A stretch of 64,000 nucleotides of DNA from Candidatus Wolfebacteria bacterium GW2011_GWE2_44_13 (GTDB lineage Bacteria > Patescibacteriota > Minisyncoccia > UBA6257 > UBA9933), in the NCBI GenBank assembly GCA_001000675.1, contig LCHW01000003.1, positions 3,873 through 67,872 of the forward strand, in the 5' to 3' direction. Positions 46,166 to 55,472 of this stretch are shown piece after piece. The first letter of the stretch is position 1. The number at the start of each line of letters is the position of its first letter. The translations under genes were made by a program, and so were the position numbers. Below the pieces are notes generated by a model, which saw only the letters and a list, made by a program, of their open reading frames with translations, had not been told where the DNA came from and did no database searches.

Positions 46166-47074
46166 TTACAATTTCAAATATTTCCTTACTGCAATATAGC
46201 TCGACAATACGCCAAGCCCAACGCCGAAGAATACTTGTGCGAACATAAATGAGAAAAAGTTCGAAAGATAATATGTCCAGCCATTAATATCCGGAACAAA
46301 TATACTTGCATACGGTGCGGTATAGAACACCGCAATCGTAACCACAATAATACTCATAATACTCCCTGTTATTCCGTATATTATTCCTTCCACCATGTAG
46401 GGCCCACGGATAAAGAAGTTTGATGCTCCTACAAGCCGCATAACTGCAAGCTCGTCTCGATTGGAATAAATTGCAAGTCGAATGGTATTAAAAATGATAA
46501 GTGCTGCAATAAGGCTGATAAACACAACGAGTAGTAGCCCGCCCTGCTCTACCGTACCCTTAATCTTCTTTAGCCGATCAATAACTCCAATATTCTGTGT
46601 ATATGATATTTTGTCGGTAATTTCCTTATACGTATCTTTTTCAAGATATCCTGCAATTGCTTCGTAATCTCTTAGCTCTCGTGCCTTAATGTTAAGCGAC
46701 GCAGCAAGTGGGTTTGAATCAATTGCTTCCAATGCTTGTGATACCGTGGAATCGTCTTTGTGCTGTTCTTTAAATTCTTCCAGAGCCTTGTCTCGCGAAA
46801 TATATTCCACTGACTTCACCTCGGGCAAGCTTTCAAGCGAACGCTGCACTTCTAACATACGATCTTCTGGAGCATCTACTTTAAAATAGACGCTGACGTC
46901 GATCTTATCCTGAATATCAGTTAAGACGATGTTTGCCAATGAATTAAACATTAACAAACCGCCGAGCCCAACCAACACAAGGAATACGATGGCAATTGTC
47001 GCAGTGGACAGCCAGCCGTTTCTCCAAAATCCAACGAGCCCATATTTTATAACACGTGATAGTGTGGTTAGCAT
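46166..47074 (-). CDS. ftsX: Cell division ABC transporter permease FtsX
   Basis: 302 aa. N-terminal TM, periplasmic domain, three C-terminal TMs. Adjacent to ftsE. Confidence 0.85.
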   Translation of the reverse strand: MLTTLSRVIKYGLVGFWRNGWLSTATIAIVFLVLVGLGGLLMFNSLANIVLTDIQDKIDVSVYFKVDAPEDRMLEVQRSLESLPEVKSVEYISRDKALEEFKEQHKDDSTVSQALEAIDSNPLAASLNIKARELRDYEAIAGYLEKDTYKEITDKISYTQNIGVIDRLKKIKGTVEQGGLLLVVFISLIAALIIFNTIRLAIYSNRDELAVMRLVGASNFFIRGPYMVEGIIYGITGSIMSIIVVTIAVFYTAPYASIFVPDINGWTYYLSNFFSFMFAQVFFGVGLGVLSSYIAVRKYLKL

Positions 47075-47098
47075 AGAATAAAATTTCTAGTTTTCTCG

Positions 47099-47791
47099 TT
47101 ACACAAGAATATACTTTCCTTCCTCCTCATCTCGAATGACCCGACCATCTTCGATACTGATAACGCGCTTGTTAATACTATTAACAATCTCCTTGTTGTG
47201 TGTGGTTAAAATAACTGTTGTTCCCAACTCGTTAATCTTAAGGAGTAGCTTGAGAATTTCCCATGTGTTCACTGGGTCCAAATTTCCCGTTGGCTCATCC
47301 GCGATAATAACATCTGGATGGTTGATCATTGCTCGTGCAATGGCTACCCGTTGCTTTTCTCCGCCCGACAATTCACGAGGGAAGTTGCGCATCTTATCCT
47401 TTAATCCAACCATTTCAAGTGCCTGTGGTACAAACTCCATAATCTCCTGCTGTGTTCGTCCGGCAACTTCTAGTGCGAACGCAACATTTTCATATGCATT
47501 CTTATTTGCAAGTAATCGAAAATCTTGGAATATAACTCCCATCTTGCGTCGTAAAAATGGCAGCTCATTTGGCTTTAACTTATTTACATTGTATGAACCA
47601 AAACTTACCTTTCCTTTGGTCGGCTTTTCTTCGCCGGTCAATAATTTTATCAATGTAGACTTTCCCGCTCCCGACTTTCCTACCATAGACACAAATTCCT
47701 TTTGATGAATGTGTAGATTGATGTCCTCTACTGCGACCGTTTCATGATCGTCTATGTTGTAAATCTTCGTAACGTTTTGAAAAATAATCAT
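47099..47791 (-). CDS. ftsE: Cell division ATP-binding protein FtsE
   Basis: Walker A GKSGAGKST, signature LSGGEKQRV, Walker B IIADEPT. Confidence 0.9.
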   Translation of the reverse strand: MIIFQNVTKIYNIDDHETVAVEDINLHIHQKEFVSMVGKSGAGKSTLIKLLTGEEKPTKGKVSFGSYNVNKLKPNELPFLRRKMGVIFQDFRLLANKNAYENVAFALEVAGRTQQEIMEFVPQALEMVGLKDKMRNFPRELSGGEKQRVAIARAMINHPDVIIADEPTGNLDPVNTWEILKLLLKINELGTTVILTTHNKEIVNSINKRVISIEDGRVIRDEEEGKYILV

Positions 47792-47883
47792 TGGTGCGTA
47801 AATAATGAATCAACCAATATGAATTGAGGGGTCTCAAAAGAGCTCCTTTATTCGTACTGTGTACTTCGCTATCTGTATTTATA

Positions 47884-47912
47884 ATTATACTCCTTGCCTA
47901 TCGATAATTCAA
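47884..47912 (-). promoter_or_regulatory. Sigma70-like promoter, TTGAAT-17-TATAAT, upstream of ftsEX
   Basis: Minus-strand ttgaattatcgataggcaaggagtataat. Confidence 0.5.
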
Positions 47913-47914
47913 TA

Positions 47915-47945
47915 AAATACCACCAGCCCTAGGCTGGTGGTATTT
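47915..47945 (-). terminator. Rho-independent terminator downstream of prfB
   Basis: taccaccagcc ctag gctggtggta flanked by A/T runs. Confidence 0.65.
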
Positions 47946-49031
47946 TTATCCTAACTCTGCATCGATAAATTCATCCAATTCTCCACCCAGTACTCGCTCT
48001 GCCTGCGATGTTTCAACTCCTGTTCGATGATCTTTAACCATCTTATACGGATTCAACACATACGAACGAATCTGACTTCCCCATTCTACTTTTACTCTTG
48101 TTTTTAAATCAGTTACTTCTTTTGCCTGCTGCTCTTCCATTAACTTTACCAATCGTCCACGCAATAAGTTCATTGCAAGCATTCGGTTTGCCATCTGTGA
48201 TCGCTCAACGCGCGACGACGCAATAACTCCGGTTGGAACGTGCGTAATGCGCACTGCAGTTTCCACCTTGTTTACATTCTGTCCTCCTGGACCCCCTGCG
48301 CGGGAGAATTCTACCTTTAGATCGTCTTCTGGGATAACAAACGTTTCCAAATCTACTTGTGGCAAATCTGGCATAACTTCAACAAGACAAAATGATGTAT
48401 GGCGCTTGTCTTCTGCAGAAAATGGCGACACCCGTACCAATCGATGCACACCGTACTCCTTTTTTAAATAGCCATATGCATACTTTCCTTTTACTTCAAA
48501 AGTCACTCCCTTATATGCGTGTCGGGCTGTCTTTGATTGCTCTCCTTCGCTCTCATCGATAATAGTAAACTTCCATCCTCGACGTCGCGCATATCCCTCG
48601 TACATTTCGCACAACATTCCTGCCCAATCTTCTGATTCATTGCCTCCTGCACCCGCCTGAATCGTTACTACGGCAGATTGTATATCATACTTTCCGCTAA
48701 ATAACTTTTCCGTTTCTATTTTGTTTAATTTTGCCTTTAATGCCGCTAGTGCATCGGTGATTTCTCCCTCTTCTTTTTTATCATCCATGACCAACTCGAT
48801 CATTTCTATCTCTTCCCCTATTTCCTTAAACTTCTTTACCATTTCGTTTGTTTCCCCTAGTTCCTTAATCTTAGCATCGGCATTTTCCCGATTGTTCCAA
48901 AAATCAGGATCTCCCATTTCAGCCTCTAGCTCTTTTACGCGAATTGCTTTTGTATCGATATCGAAAGAAGCCCGCAAGGCTGCGGCTTCTGCATGAATAT
49001 CCTCTAGTTGTCTTTTTTGTTCTTCTGTCAT
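47946..49031 (-). CDS. prfB: Peptide chain release factor 2
   Basis: SPF tripeptide ([12 protein letters not shown]) and GGQ ([10 protein letters not shown]). Encoded as one uninterrupted ORF. Confidence 0.85.
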   Translation of the reverse strand: MTEEQKRQLEDIHAEAAALRASFDIDTKAIRVKELEAEMGDPDFWNNRENADAKIKELGETNEMVKKFKEIGEEIEMIELVMDDKKEEGEITDALAALKAKLNKIETEKLFSGKYDIQSAVVTIQAGAGGNESEDWAGMLCEMYEGYARRRGWKFTIIDESEGEQSKTARHAYKGVTFEVKGKYAYGYLKKEYGVHRLVRVSPFSAEDKRHTSFCLVEVMPDLPQVDLETFVIPEDDLKVEFSRAGGPGGQNVNKVETAVRITHVPTGVIASSRVERSQMANRMLAMNLLRGRLVKLMEEQQAKEVTDLKTRVKVEWGSQIRSYVLNPYKMVKDHRTGVETSQAERVLGGELDEFIDAELG

Positions 49032-49049
49032 ATATATTTTAAAATCTGG

Positions 49050-49122
49050 AGCCAGTGGCCGGAATTGAACCGGCGACCTACGCGTTACGAGTGCGTTGCT
49101 CTACCAACTGAGCTACACTGGC
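49050..49122 (-). tRNA. tRNA-Thr (anticodon CGT)
   Basis: Acceptor gccagtg/cactggc, anticodon loop ctcgtaa, T-loop ttcaatt. Confidence 0.85.
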
Positions 49123-49198
49123 GTGTTTCTTTATCTATTATAACGATTGGGCCTTCCTCTGCTCAGTATTCGCAAGCGCCCTATCGGGTGCAGTGCTC

Positions 49199-49315
49199 TC
49201 GTCGGAGCCGTTGTATATGAACGGCTCCGACATCACGGCACGTTGCACGCTCTTCGTCCGTCGGCTGACGAACGAATCCCTAGCAACGCCGAGTGTCCAA
49301 CTGAGCTACACTGGC
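49199..49315 (-). pseudogene. Truncated duplicate of the tRNA-Thr 5' end (49297-49315) plus perfect 12-bp hairpin (49199-49231)
   Basis: ccaactgagctacactggc repeats the 5' acceptor/D region of tRNA-Thr with no T-arm. The hairpin is gtcggagccgtt gtatatga aacggctccgac. Confidence 0.5.
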
Positions 49316-49492
49316 ATACAAAGGGCTCCCCCTCACAGGGAGCCATTCGAATCGCAAGATTTTTCCATGGCGCATATATTTGGCGAACTACTTCGTTGCC
49401 ATCTCCGTTTGTTTCCGCGAAGGAGATTTCTCCATCTTAGTCACAATCCTCGCTGGCGCCTCGTATTTCATCCAAATATATGTGTCATGACC

Positions 49493-50815
49493 TCACTTAC
49501 GTCTTTCAATTTTGGCAAATCCCGTGTATTTTTGCAACACCTCAGGAATGAGCACGCTTCCATCTGCTTGTTGATAATTCTCCAATATTGCAATGAAGCT
49601 TCGTGGGCTCGGTAGTGCGGTATTGTTCAACATATACACATACTTTCGATCACCATTCTTATCGATATACTTCACATTCAATCGACGTGACTGCCAATCT
49701 ACAAAATTACTTGCTGATCCCGTCTCCCCCCATCGATTCATTCCTGGCATCCATGCTTCGATGTCGAATGCGCGAAACTTTCCTGCGCTCATATCGCCTG
49801 TACAGATTTGAATCTGTCGATATGGCAATCCAAGTTCTTCGTGCATCTCGCGCGAAACATCCATCATCTCCTGCTGCAATTTATTTGCTTCGTCTTCGTC
49901 TGCCTTTGCAATAACTACCTGCTCAACTTTCATAAATTCGTGCACGCGATACATTCCTTTTGTATCTTTTCCATAGCTCCCGATTTCACTTCGATAGCAC
50001 TGGCTATATCCTGCCAATCGAATTGGAAGCTGCTCTTCTTTTAATACTTCGTCAGAATAGTATGCAAGCAACGAAGGCTCAGAGGTGCCTACTAAAAACT
50101 TTTTATCTTTTGTGGTCGAGCCTTCGGAATCCTTGTCCGCTGATGCGACCTGATAAATTTCATCGATTTCTGGGTCATATTCCAACCCCTTGAAATATCC
50201 GCTACCGAATAGTGAGAATCCTTTTACCAGTGTTGGGGGAATCATTGGTGTGTACCCCTTCTGCACCATTTTGTTAACCGCATACATCATCAACGCCATC
50301 ACCAACTGCATACCCTCATTCTTTAAATAATATCCTCGATATCCACTTATCTTTGCGCCTTTTTCAAAGTCCACTAAATCAAGATCTTCCGCAAGTTGTA
50401 CGTGATCCTTTGGTTCGAAGTCAAATTTCTTTTGCTCGCCCCAGCGATATATTTCTACGTTTTCATCTTCACTTGTGCCAATCGGCGTGTCACTTGATGG
50501 AACGGTTGGTACGCGAACCATTAGCTCGTCAAACGTCTGCTTTGCTTCGCGATAGCTTGGCTCCGCCTCTGCGAGTTCATCTTTTACCTTTTTTCCTTCC
50601 TCAATAATCGGATTTCGTTCTTCCTGCGTTTTTGCGGTCTTCATCTTCTCATTGAGTTCATTCTTTAATGCACTCAACTTTTCTACTTTCTGCTGCAAAT
50701 CAACACGAACTTTATCCGCTTCCAATACTGCATCCAAATCCAAGGCAATTCTCTTGTTTTTTATCGCTGCACGCATCTCTTCTTGGTGCTCACGAATAAA
50801 CTTAATGTCTACCAT
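49493..50815 (-). CDS. serS: Seryl-tRNA synthetase
   Basis: N-terminal coiled-coil arm plus class II core, 440 aa. Confidence 0.9.
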   Translation of the reverse strand: MVDIKFIREHQEEMRAAIKNKRIALDLDAVLEADKVRVDLQQKVEKLSALKNELNEKMKTAKTQEERNPIIEEGKKVKDELAEAEPSYREAKQTFDELMVRVPTVPSSDTPIGTSEDENVEIYRWGEQKKFDFEPKDHVQLAEDLDLVDFEKGAKISGYRGYYLKNEGMQLVMALMMYAVNKMVQKGYTPMIPPTLVKGFSLFGSGYFKGLEYDPEIDEIYQVASADKDSEGSTTKDKKFLVGTSEPSLLAYYSDEVLKEEQLPIRLAGYSQCYRSEIGSYGKDTKGMYRVHEFMKVEQVVIAKADEDEANKLQQEMMDVSREMHEELGLPYRQIQICTGDMSAGKFRAFDIEAWMPGMNRWGETGSASNFVDWQSRRLNVKYIDKNGDRKYVYMLNNTALPSPRSFIAILENYQQADGSVLIPEVLQKYTGFAKIERRK

Positions 50816-50903
50816 AATATGGCAATTGTACGTCAGAAAAGCCTAAAAATAAAGGGGTGTTGGCAAATAGCGTCGGCATGCAGTACAATTATTCCATACC
50901 AGT

Positions 50904-52016
50904 ATGTTAGCACTCTACCGAAAATACCGCCCAAAGCGGTTCGAGGACGTTCTTGGACAAGAATCCATAGTCCGAATTATTAGAAATGCTGCTAAAACAG
51001 ACCGTCTTAGCCACGCCTATCTTTTTTACGGCGCACGCGGATCAGGGAAAACCTCCATGGCGCGACTTATCGCAAAAATTGCGAACTGCCAAAAAAGACA
51101 ATCCGACCCTGCGTTTAAGCAACTCGGAGAACCTTGCAATAGCTGCCAAGCATGTATTGAGATCGATAGCGGCAATGCTATGGATATTATCGAAATCGAT
51201 GCGGCTTCAACCCGTGGTATTGATGATATTCGTAGCCTTAAAGAAGGCGCACTTCTCTCCCCTTCTTCGTATGCATACAAAGTGTTTATTATCGATGAAG
51301 TCCATCAGCTAAGTAAGGACGCATTTAATGCACTTTTGAAAATTCTTGAAGAACCCCCACAACACGCTATCTTCATTCTCGCAACCACTGAATACGAAAA
51401 AGTTCCTCCAACCATCGCATCACGCGCACAACGATTCCATTTCAAAAAAATACCACTCAAGGAATTAGTAGAAAAATTGAAAAAGATTGTTGCCGAAGAA
51501 TCTATCACGTTCGAAGAGGAGGCAATTGAACTAATTGCGGCAGGTGCAGATGGAAGTTTCCGTGACGCCGAATCGCTTCTCGACCAGATTGCGGCAATGG
51601 AAGAAACTATTACTGTTGAAAGTGTTGAGCGGATTCTAGGTCGCGTTGCATTCTCACGCGTAAGCGATCTTGTCGATCTTATTATCGCCAATGATCTTGC
51701 GGCCGCACTTGCCAATATCAATACTGTTCATGAGGACGGCTACAACATTGTTCAATTTGCAAAAGATCTCATCCATTACTATCGCCGCGTGTTGGCAATT
51801 CGCTTTAGTCCTAAGCTTGAGCATGACTTCCGTCAACTCTATACTGCACGAGAGGTAGACACAATTCTCCGTCACAGCAAAGTTATCGATGAGCGATCGA
51901 CTATTGCGTTGATAAAAGCGCTTATCGTTGCCTATACGGAAATGCGCTACAGCCCGTTTGCAATTGTTCCACTTGAACTCGCACTTATCGAAAACATAAA
52001 AACCCACTCAAGCTGA
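50904..52016 (+). CDS. dnaX: DNA polymerase III subunit gamma/tau (short form)
   Basis: RYRPKRFEDVLGQ ... GARGSGKTS, zinc-binding Cys cluster CNSCQAC, DEVHQLS. Confidence 0.85.
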   Translation: MLALYRKYRPKRFEDVLGQESIVRIIRNAAKTDRLSHAYLFYGARGSGKTSMARLIAKIANCQKRQSDPAFKQLGEPCNSCQACIEIDSGNAMDIIEIDAASTRGIDDIRSLKEGALLSPSSYAYKVFIIDEVHQLSKDAFNALLKILEEPPQHAIFILATTEYEKVPPTIASRAQRFHFKKIPLKELVEKLKKIVAEESITFEEEAIELIAAGADGSFRDAESLLDQIAAMEETITVESVERILGRVAFSRVSDLVDLIIANDLAAALANINTVHEDGYNIVQFAKDLIHYYRRVLAIRFSPKLEHDFRQLYTAREVDTILRHSKVIDERSTIALIKALIVAYTEMRYSPFAIVPLELALIENIKTHSS

Positions 52017-52040
52017 GTGGGTTTTTATGTTTTCTTATTG

Positions 52041-52361
52041 TTATTCAACGATAACTGCTGTTCCGCTCATGTTTACCATAAGCATACTTGACCCTTTCCC
52101 TACAGTTTCATAATCAAAATCTACTCCGATAACCGCATTGGCTCCTAATTTTTCTGCCTGTTGCATCAGCTCATTGGTCGCGAATTTTCTTGCATTAACG
52201 AGCTCTTTTTCATACGCAGCCGACCTTCCCCCTACAATATCCCGAATACCTGCGAAAAGATCTCTGAAGATATTCGCTCCGACAATTGCATCTCCTGTAA
52301 CAATGCCGAGATACTGCGTAACTTTTTTCCCTTCCACTGTTGTCCCTGTTGTTAAAATCAT
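52041..52361 (-). CDS. YbjQ/UPF0145-family protein
   Basis: 106 aa. The [14 protein letters not shown] ... VIGVDFDYE pattern is typical of YbjQ. Confidence 0.75.
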   Translation of the reverse strand: MILTTGTTVEGKKVTQYLGIVTGDAIVGANIFRDLFAGIRDIVGGRSAAYEKELVNARKFATNELMQQAEKLGANAVIGVDFDYETVGKGSSMLMVNMSGTAVIVE

Positions 52362-52440
52362 TTTTGTTTTTAATTAGTATGTGAAACGAGTACTATTTTT
52401 TCGAATAAAAATACTTCCTATGGAAGTATTTTTATTTTAC

Positions 52441-52662
52441 TTACAATTCGTTAATCGCTGCATCAACATCTTTAAACTCTTCATCTATATCTCCAATGTT
52501 GATATCCGCAAGATCTTCTTGAATTGCATCGGTTGTATCGATTGGCATTGCACTTTCCTGTGGCTCTGGAGCTTCTGCCTTTTTCATATCACTCCACCAG
52601 ACAAAACCGATAATGGCCACGAGAATAACTACTGCGATAATTATGTAATTCTTTTTTGTCAT
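52441..52662 (-). CDS. Hypothetical small membrane-anchored acidic protein
   Basis: 73 aa with N-terminal TM. Confidence 0.4.
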   Translation of the reverse strand: MTKKNYIIIAVVILVAIIGFVWWSDMKKAEAPEPQESAMPIDTTDAIQEDLADINIGDIDEEFKDVDAAINEL

Positions 52663-52674
52663 ACAAATATACTA

Positions 52675-53646
52675 TTAATTATTAGTTGAGGTACTTGTTG
52701 TGGCGGTTGAAGTTGCGGCAGGAGCTACATCAACTGTATTTATGCCAGAAATCTTTGCCAAATCGGTCGCTACCTTTCGAATTGCTTCGTGCGCTGCTTT
52801 TACCACGTCCTGCACTCCTTTTAAGTCTGCCTGCAATACTTGCCTTGTCTTCCCTACATCGGTTCGTAATGCGCTTTCACTATTTACCGTTGGTACATAT
52901 GTCTTTGCTGTCTGCGTTGCGATTGCAGTACGTGCACTTGCAATTGCTGTTTGTGCGACAGCTATCCCTGCCTTTACACTCACAACATCCTTTCCCGCCT
53001 GTTCTGCCTTCGCTACACGAGAACTAACATTCTCTAGTATCTTTTCTAGCTGATTAAGTACGTTAGAAAAATGTGCCAATTTGTCTACATTAATTTTTTC
53101 TAACTGCTTATCGATTGCCTCTACCGTAGATCGCTTTTTCTCATCCTTGATTGTTTTGAGCTTTTCTTTTAGCTGTGTGCGATTTGCTTCGATGGCTTTT
53201 TTTGCTTCTTCTCGCCTCGCCTCTACTGTTGTTTTAAATTCTTCTCTTCGAGTTTCAATGGCTTTTTTGGTTTCTTCCATTTTTTGCTTCACCGCCTCTC
53301 GCTGCTCTTCAATGGATTTCCTGACTTCTACGCGCGTTGACGTTGCAACACCCTTAAGCTCTCCCCGCTTTTCTTGTATTTCTTTTTTCGTCTCCTGCTG
53401 CAATGTTCGCGCTTCTGTCTTTACTGCCTCGTTCACTTTCTGTGCCTCCTTGCGCAAGTAGTCTGCTTGCTGTATTGCATCCTGCCTAATTGCCTTATTT
53501 GCTTCTCCGGCATTGCGAATCATCTCCTGCCGAATTGGCCTTGGAGCTGTTGTTGATGAACTTGTCGCAGATGTTTGCGCTTCTTGTGCCGATACCTGCC
53601 CTGCGGATAGCAGTATCGCCACGATTGCAATGGTGTATTTATTCAT
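52675..53646 (-). CDS. Secreted K/E-rich coiled-coil protein
   Basis: Signal peptide MNKYTIAIVAILLSAGQVSAQ, then long charged helical repeats. Confidence 0.45.
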   Translation of the reverse strand: MNKYTIAIVAILLSAGQVSAQEAQTSATSSSTTAPRPIRQEMIRNAGEANKAIRQDAIQQADYLRKEAQKVNEAVKTEARTLQQETKKEIQEKRGELKGVATSTRVEVRKSIEEQREAVKQKMEETKKAIETRREEFKTTVEARREEAKKAIEANRTQLKEKLKTIKDEKKRSTVEAIDKQLEKINVDKLAHFSNVLNQLEKILENVSSRVAKAEQAGKDVVSVKAGIAVAQTAIASARTAIATQTAKTYVPTVNSESALRTDVGKTRQVLQADLKGVQDVVKAAHEAIRKVATDLAKISGINTVDVAPAATSTATTSTSTNN

Positions 53647-53759
53647 ACCATTATTATACTCCTTTTTACTTTTTTATTGCATATACTTATCCACATCCCC
53701 TCTTGTTATATATTTCGAACACCGATTATGGTATAATTTAATACATAATCGGTGTTCAT

Positions 53760-54449
53760 ATGGATTACGCAGCGCTAAAAACTCAAGCGATCAATTTACG
53801 GAAAGAAGGCTTCACCTACTCTGAAATACTCAAGCAAATTCCCGTAGCAAAGTCTACGCTTTCTTTATGGTTACAAGATATTGGATTATCTAAAAAGCAG
53901 ACTCACCGAATAACCACCAAGCAACTCATCGCCGCACAGCGAGGAGGCGAGGCTAAGCGGCAACAACGTATTACAAGAACCGAGCAGATACATAAGGACG
54001 CGCTAAAGGATATTGGGGTAATTTCTAAACGCGAGCTTTGGCTTATCGGCGTAATGCTTTATTGGGCCGAGGGGTCTAAGGAAAAATCACACCATTTCGG
54101 GTCGGGGGTTCGCTTTACTAATTCCGACGCTGCAATGATTCGCCTATTTCTTCGGTGGCTTGCAGATATCTGTAATATCGAAAAGCAACATATTATCTTT
54201 GATATAACTATTCATACGAACCATAAGCACCGCACGCCCGATATAATCCAGTATTGGGCAAATAAAACCGGATATGATCCTGAATACTTTACCCATATTT
54301 ATTACAAACAGGGTAACCCAAAAACCAACCGCACGAATGTCGGCGAGTCGTACTATGGTATTATTCGTATCAGCGTGCGTGCAAGCTCGACACTTCTTCG
54401 CAGGATTGCAGGATGGACAAAGGGTGTGATAGAATGGGCTGAGCAATAA
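53760..54449 (+). CDS. HTH-domain protein, possible LAGLIDADG-like endonuclease fold
   Basis: N-terminal HTH (GFTYSEILKQIPVAKSTLSLWL). The middle LWLIGVMLYWAEGSKEKS segment resembles a degenerate LAGLIDADG motif. Sits immediately 5' of tRNA-Gln. Confidence 0.35.
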   Translation: MDYAALKTQAINLRKEGFTYSEILKQIPVAKSTLSLWLQDIGLSKKQTHRITTKQLIAAQRGGEAKRQQRITRTEQIHKDALKDIGVISKRELWLIGVMLYWAEGSKEKSHHFGSGVRFTNSDAAMIRLFLRWLADICNIEKQHIIFDITIHTNHKHRTPDIIQYWANKTGYDPEYFTHIYYKQGNPKTNRTNVGESYYGIIRISVRASSTLLRRIAGWTKGVIEWAEQ

Positions 54450-54454
54450 CCTAA

Positions 54455-54525
54455 TGCTGGGTCGTCTAATGGTAGGACTCGGGACTTTGAATCCCGCTAT
54501 TTAGGTTCGAATCCTAGCCCAGCAG
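54455..54525 (+). tRNA. tRNA-Gln (anticodon TTG)
   Basis: Acceptor tgctggg/cccagca, anticodon loop ctttgaa. Confidence 0.85.
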
Positions 54526-54541
54526 CATTAATGTTCACCAA

Positions 54542-54570
54542 CAAAAAACAGCCCTTTGGGCTGTTTTTTG
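54542..54570. terminator. Bidirectional rho-independent terminator
   Basis: aaaaaacagccc tttg ggctgtttttt. Confidence 0.75.
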
Positions 54571-54581
54571 ACTAGCGATTC

Positions 54582-54803
54582 TTATGCCGCTATTTCTTCT
54601 TCTGTTGCAGGAGCTTCAGCTTCTGCTACTGGGGCAGCTTCTTCGGATACAGGAGCTTCTTCGGCTACTGCAGGAGTTTCTGCAGCTGCTTCTTCGGCTA
54701 CAGGAGCTTCACCTACGGTCTCTTCTACTGCAACCATATCGATTTCGCACGCTTCACACCTAATTCCTTCTGAAGTTGCTTCGCAATTTGTACACTTGTT
54801 CAT
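54582..54803 (-). CDS. Small zinc-ribbon protein with acidic Ala/Glu-rich tail
   Basis: CTNCEA ... CEAC followed by an EEAAAE-rich tail, 73 aa. Confidence 0.45.
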   Translation of the reverse strand: MNKCTNCEATSEGIRCEACEIDMVAVEETVGEAPVAEEAAAETPAVAEEAPVSEEAAPVAEAEAPATEEEIAA

Positions 54804-54906
54804 ATTGTTTTTATATTTTTTTAAGGGTAATTACTATCACCACTTGCATTACTTTTCGAAGGCAATAGCGTACCATAACACATAAACTCGTGAAAGCAAA
54901 CCGCCC

Positions 54907-55422
54907 TTGTTTATTTCATTACCTATTATGTGGTATCCTTATTATACTATGGAACATAAAACTGAGTTATTTACTTTTTTAAAGTCTCAAAATCTTATGT
55001 CGCTTGCAACCTTTGGAGATACTATCTCCAACTGTTATATTTACTTTGCTATCGATGAAGATTTTAACATGTATTTTATTAGCGAGCCAGACAGCACGCA
55101 TTGTAAAAATATCGCGATTCATAATCAAGTTGCCTGTGTCGTTGCTGACTCTCATCAACTTGTACGCTCAAAGAAGATCGGCGCCCAAATACTTGGCGTC
55201 GTCGAAGACGTTAGTGGAATCGACAGATTTGAAGCTATCCTTGAACTTTGGAATTCGACTAATCCAGGTATGGAATCGCTTATCAGTATTAATAATTTCC
55301 GAAACAAGATTCTTAATTCTCGAGCATACAAAATACGTCCAACAGAAATAAAGTTCTTTAATGAAGAACTGTACGGAGAAGAAGGGTTTGAAATACTTTC
55401 GCTTGATCAGTCTAAAAAATAA
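54907..55422 (+). CDS. Pyridoxamine 5'-phosphate oxidase-like FMN-binding split-barrel protein
   Basis: LMSLATFGD ... YFAIDEDFNMYFIS ... VACVVAD pattern. The start may be at the internal Met (MEHK). Confidence 0.55.
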   Translation: MFISLPIMWYPYYTMEHKTELFTFLKSQNLMSLATFGDTISNCYIYFAIDEDFNMYFISEPDSTHCKNIAIHNQVACVVADSHQLVRSKKIGAQILGVVEDVSGIDRFEAILELWNSTNPGMESLISINNFRNKILNSRAYKIRPTEIKFFNEELYGEEGFEILSLDQSKK

Positions 55423-55472
55423 TATTGCATTCCATAAAACTCCCGCCAATTGGCGGGAGTTTTATGTATTTC

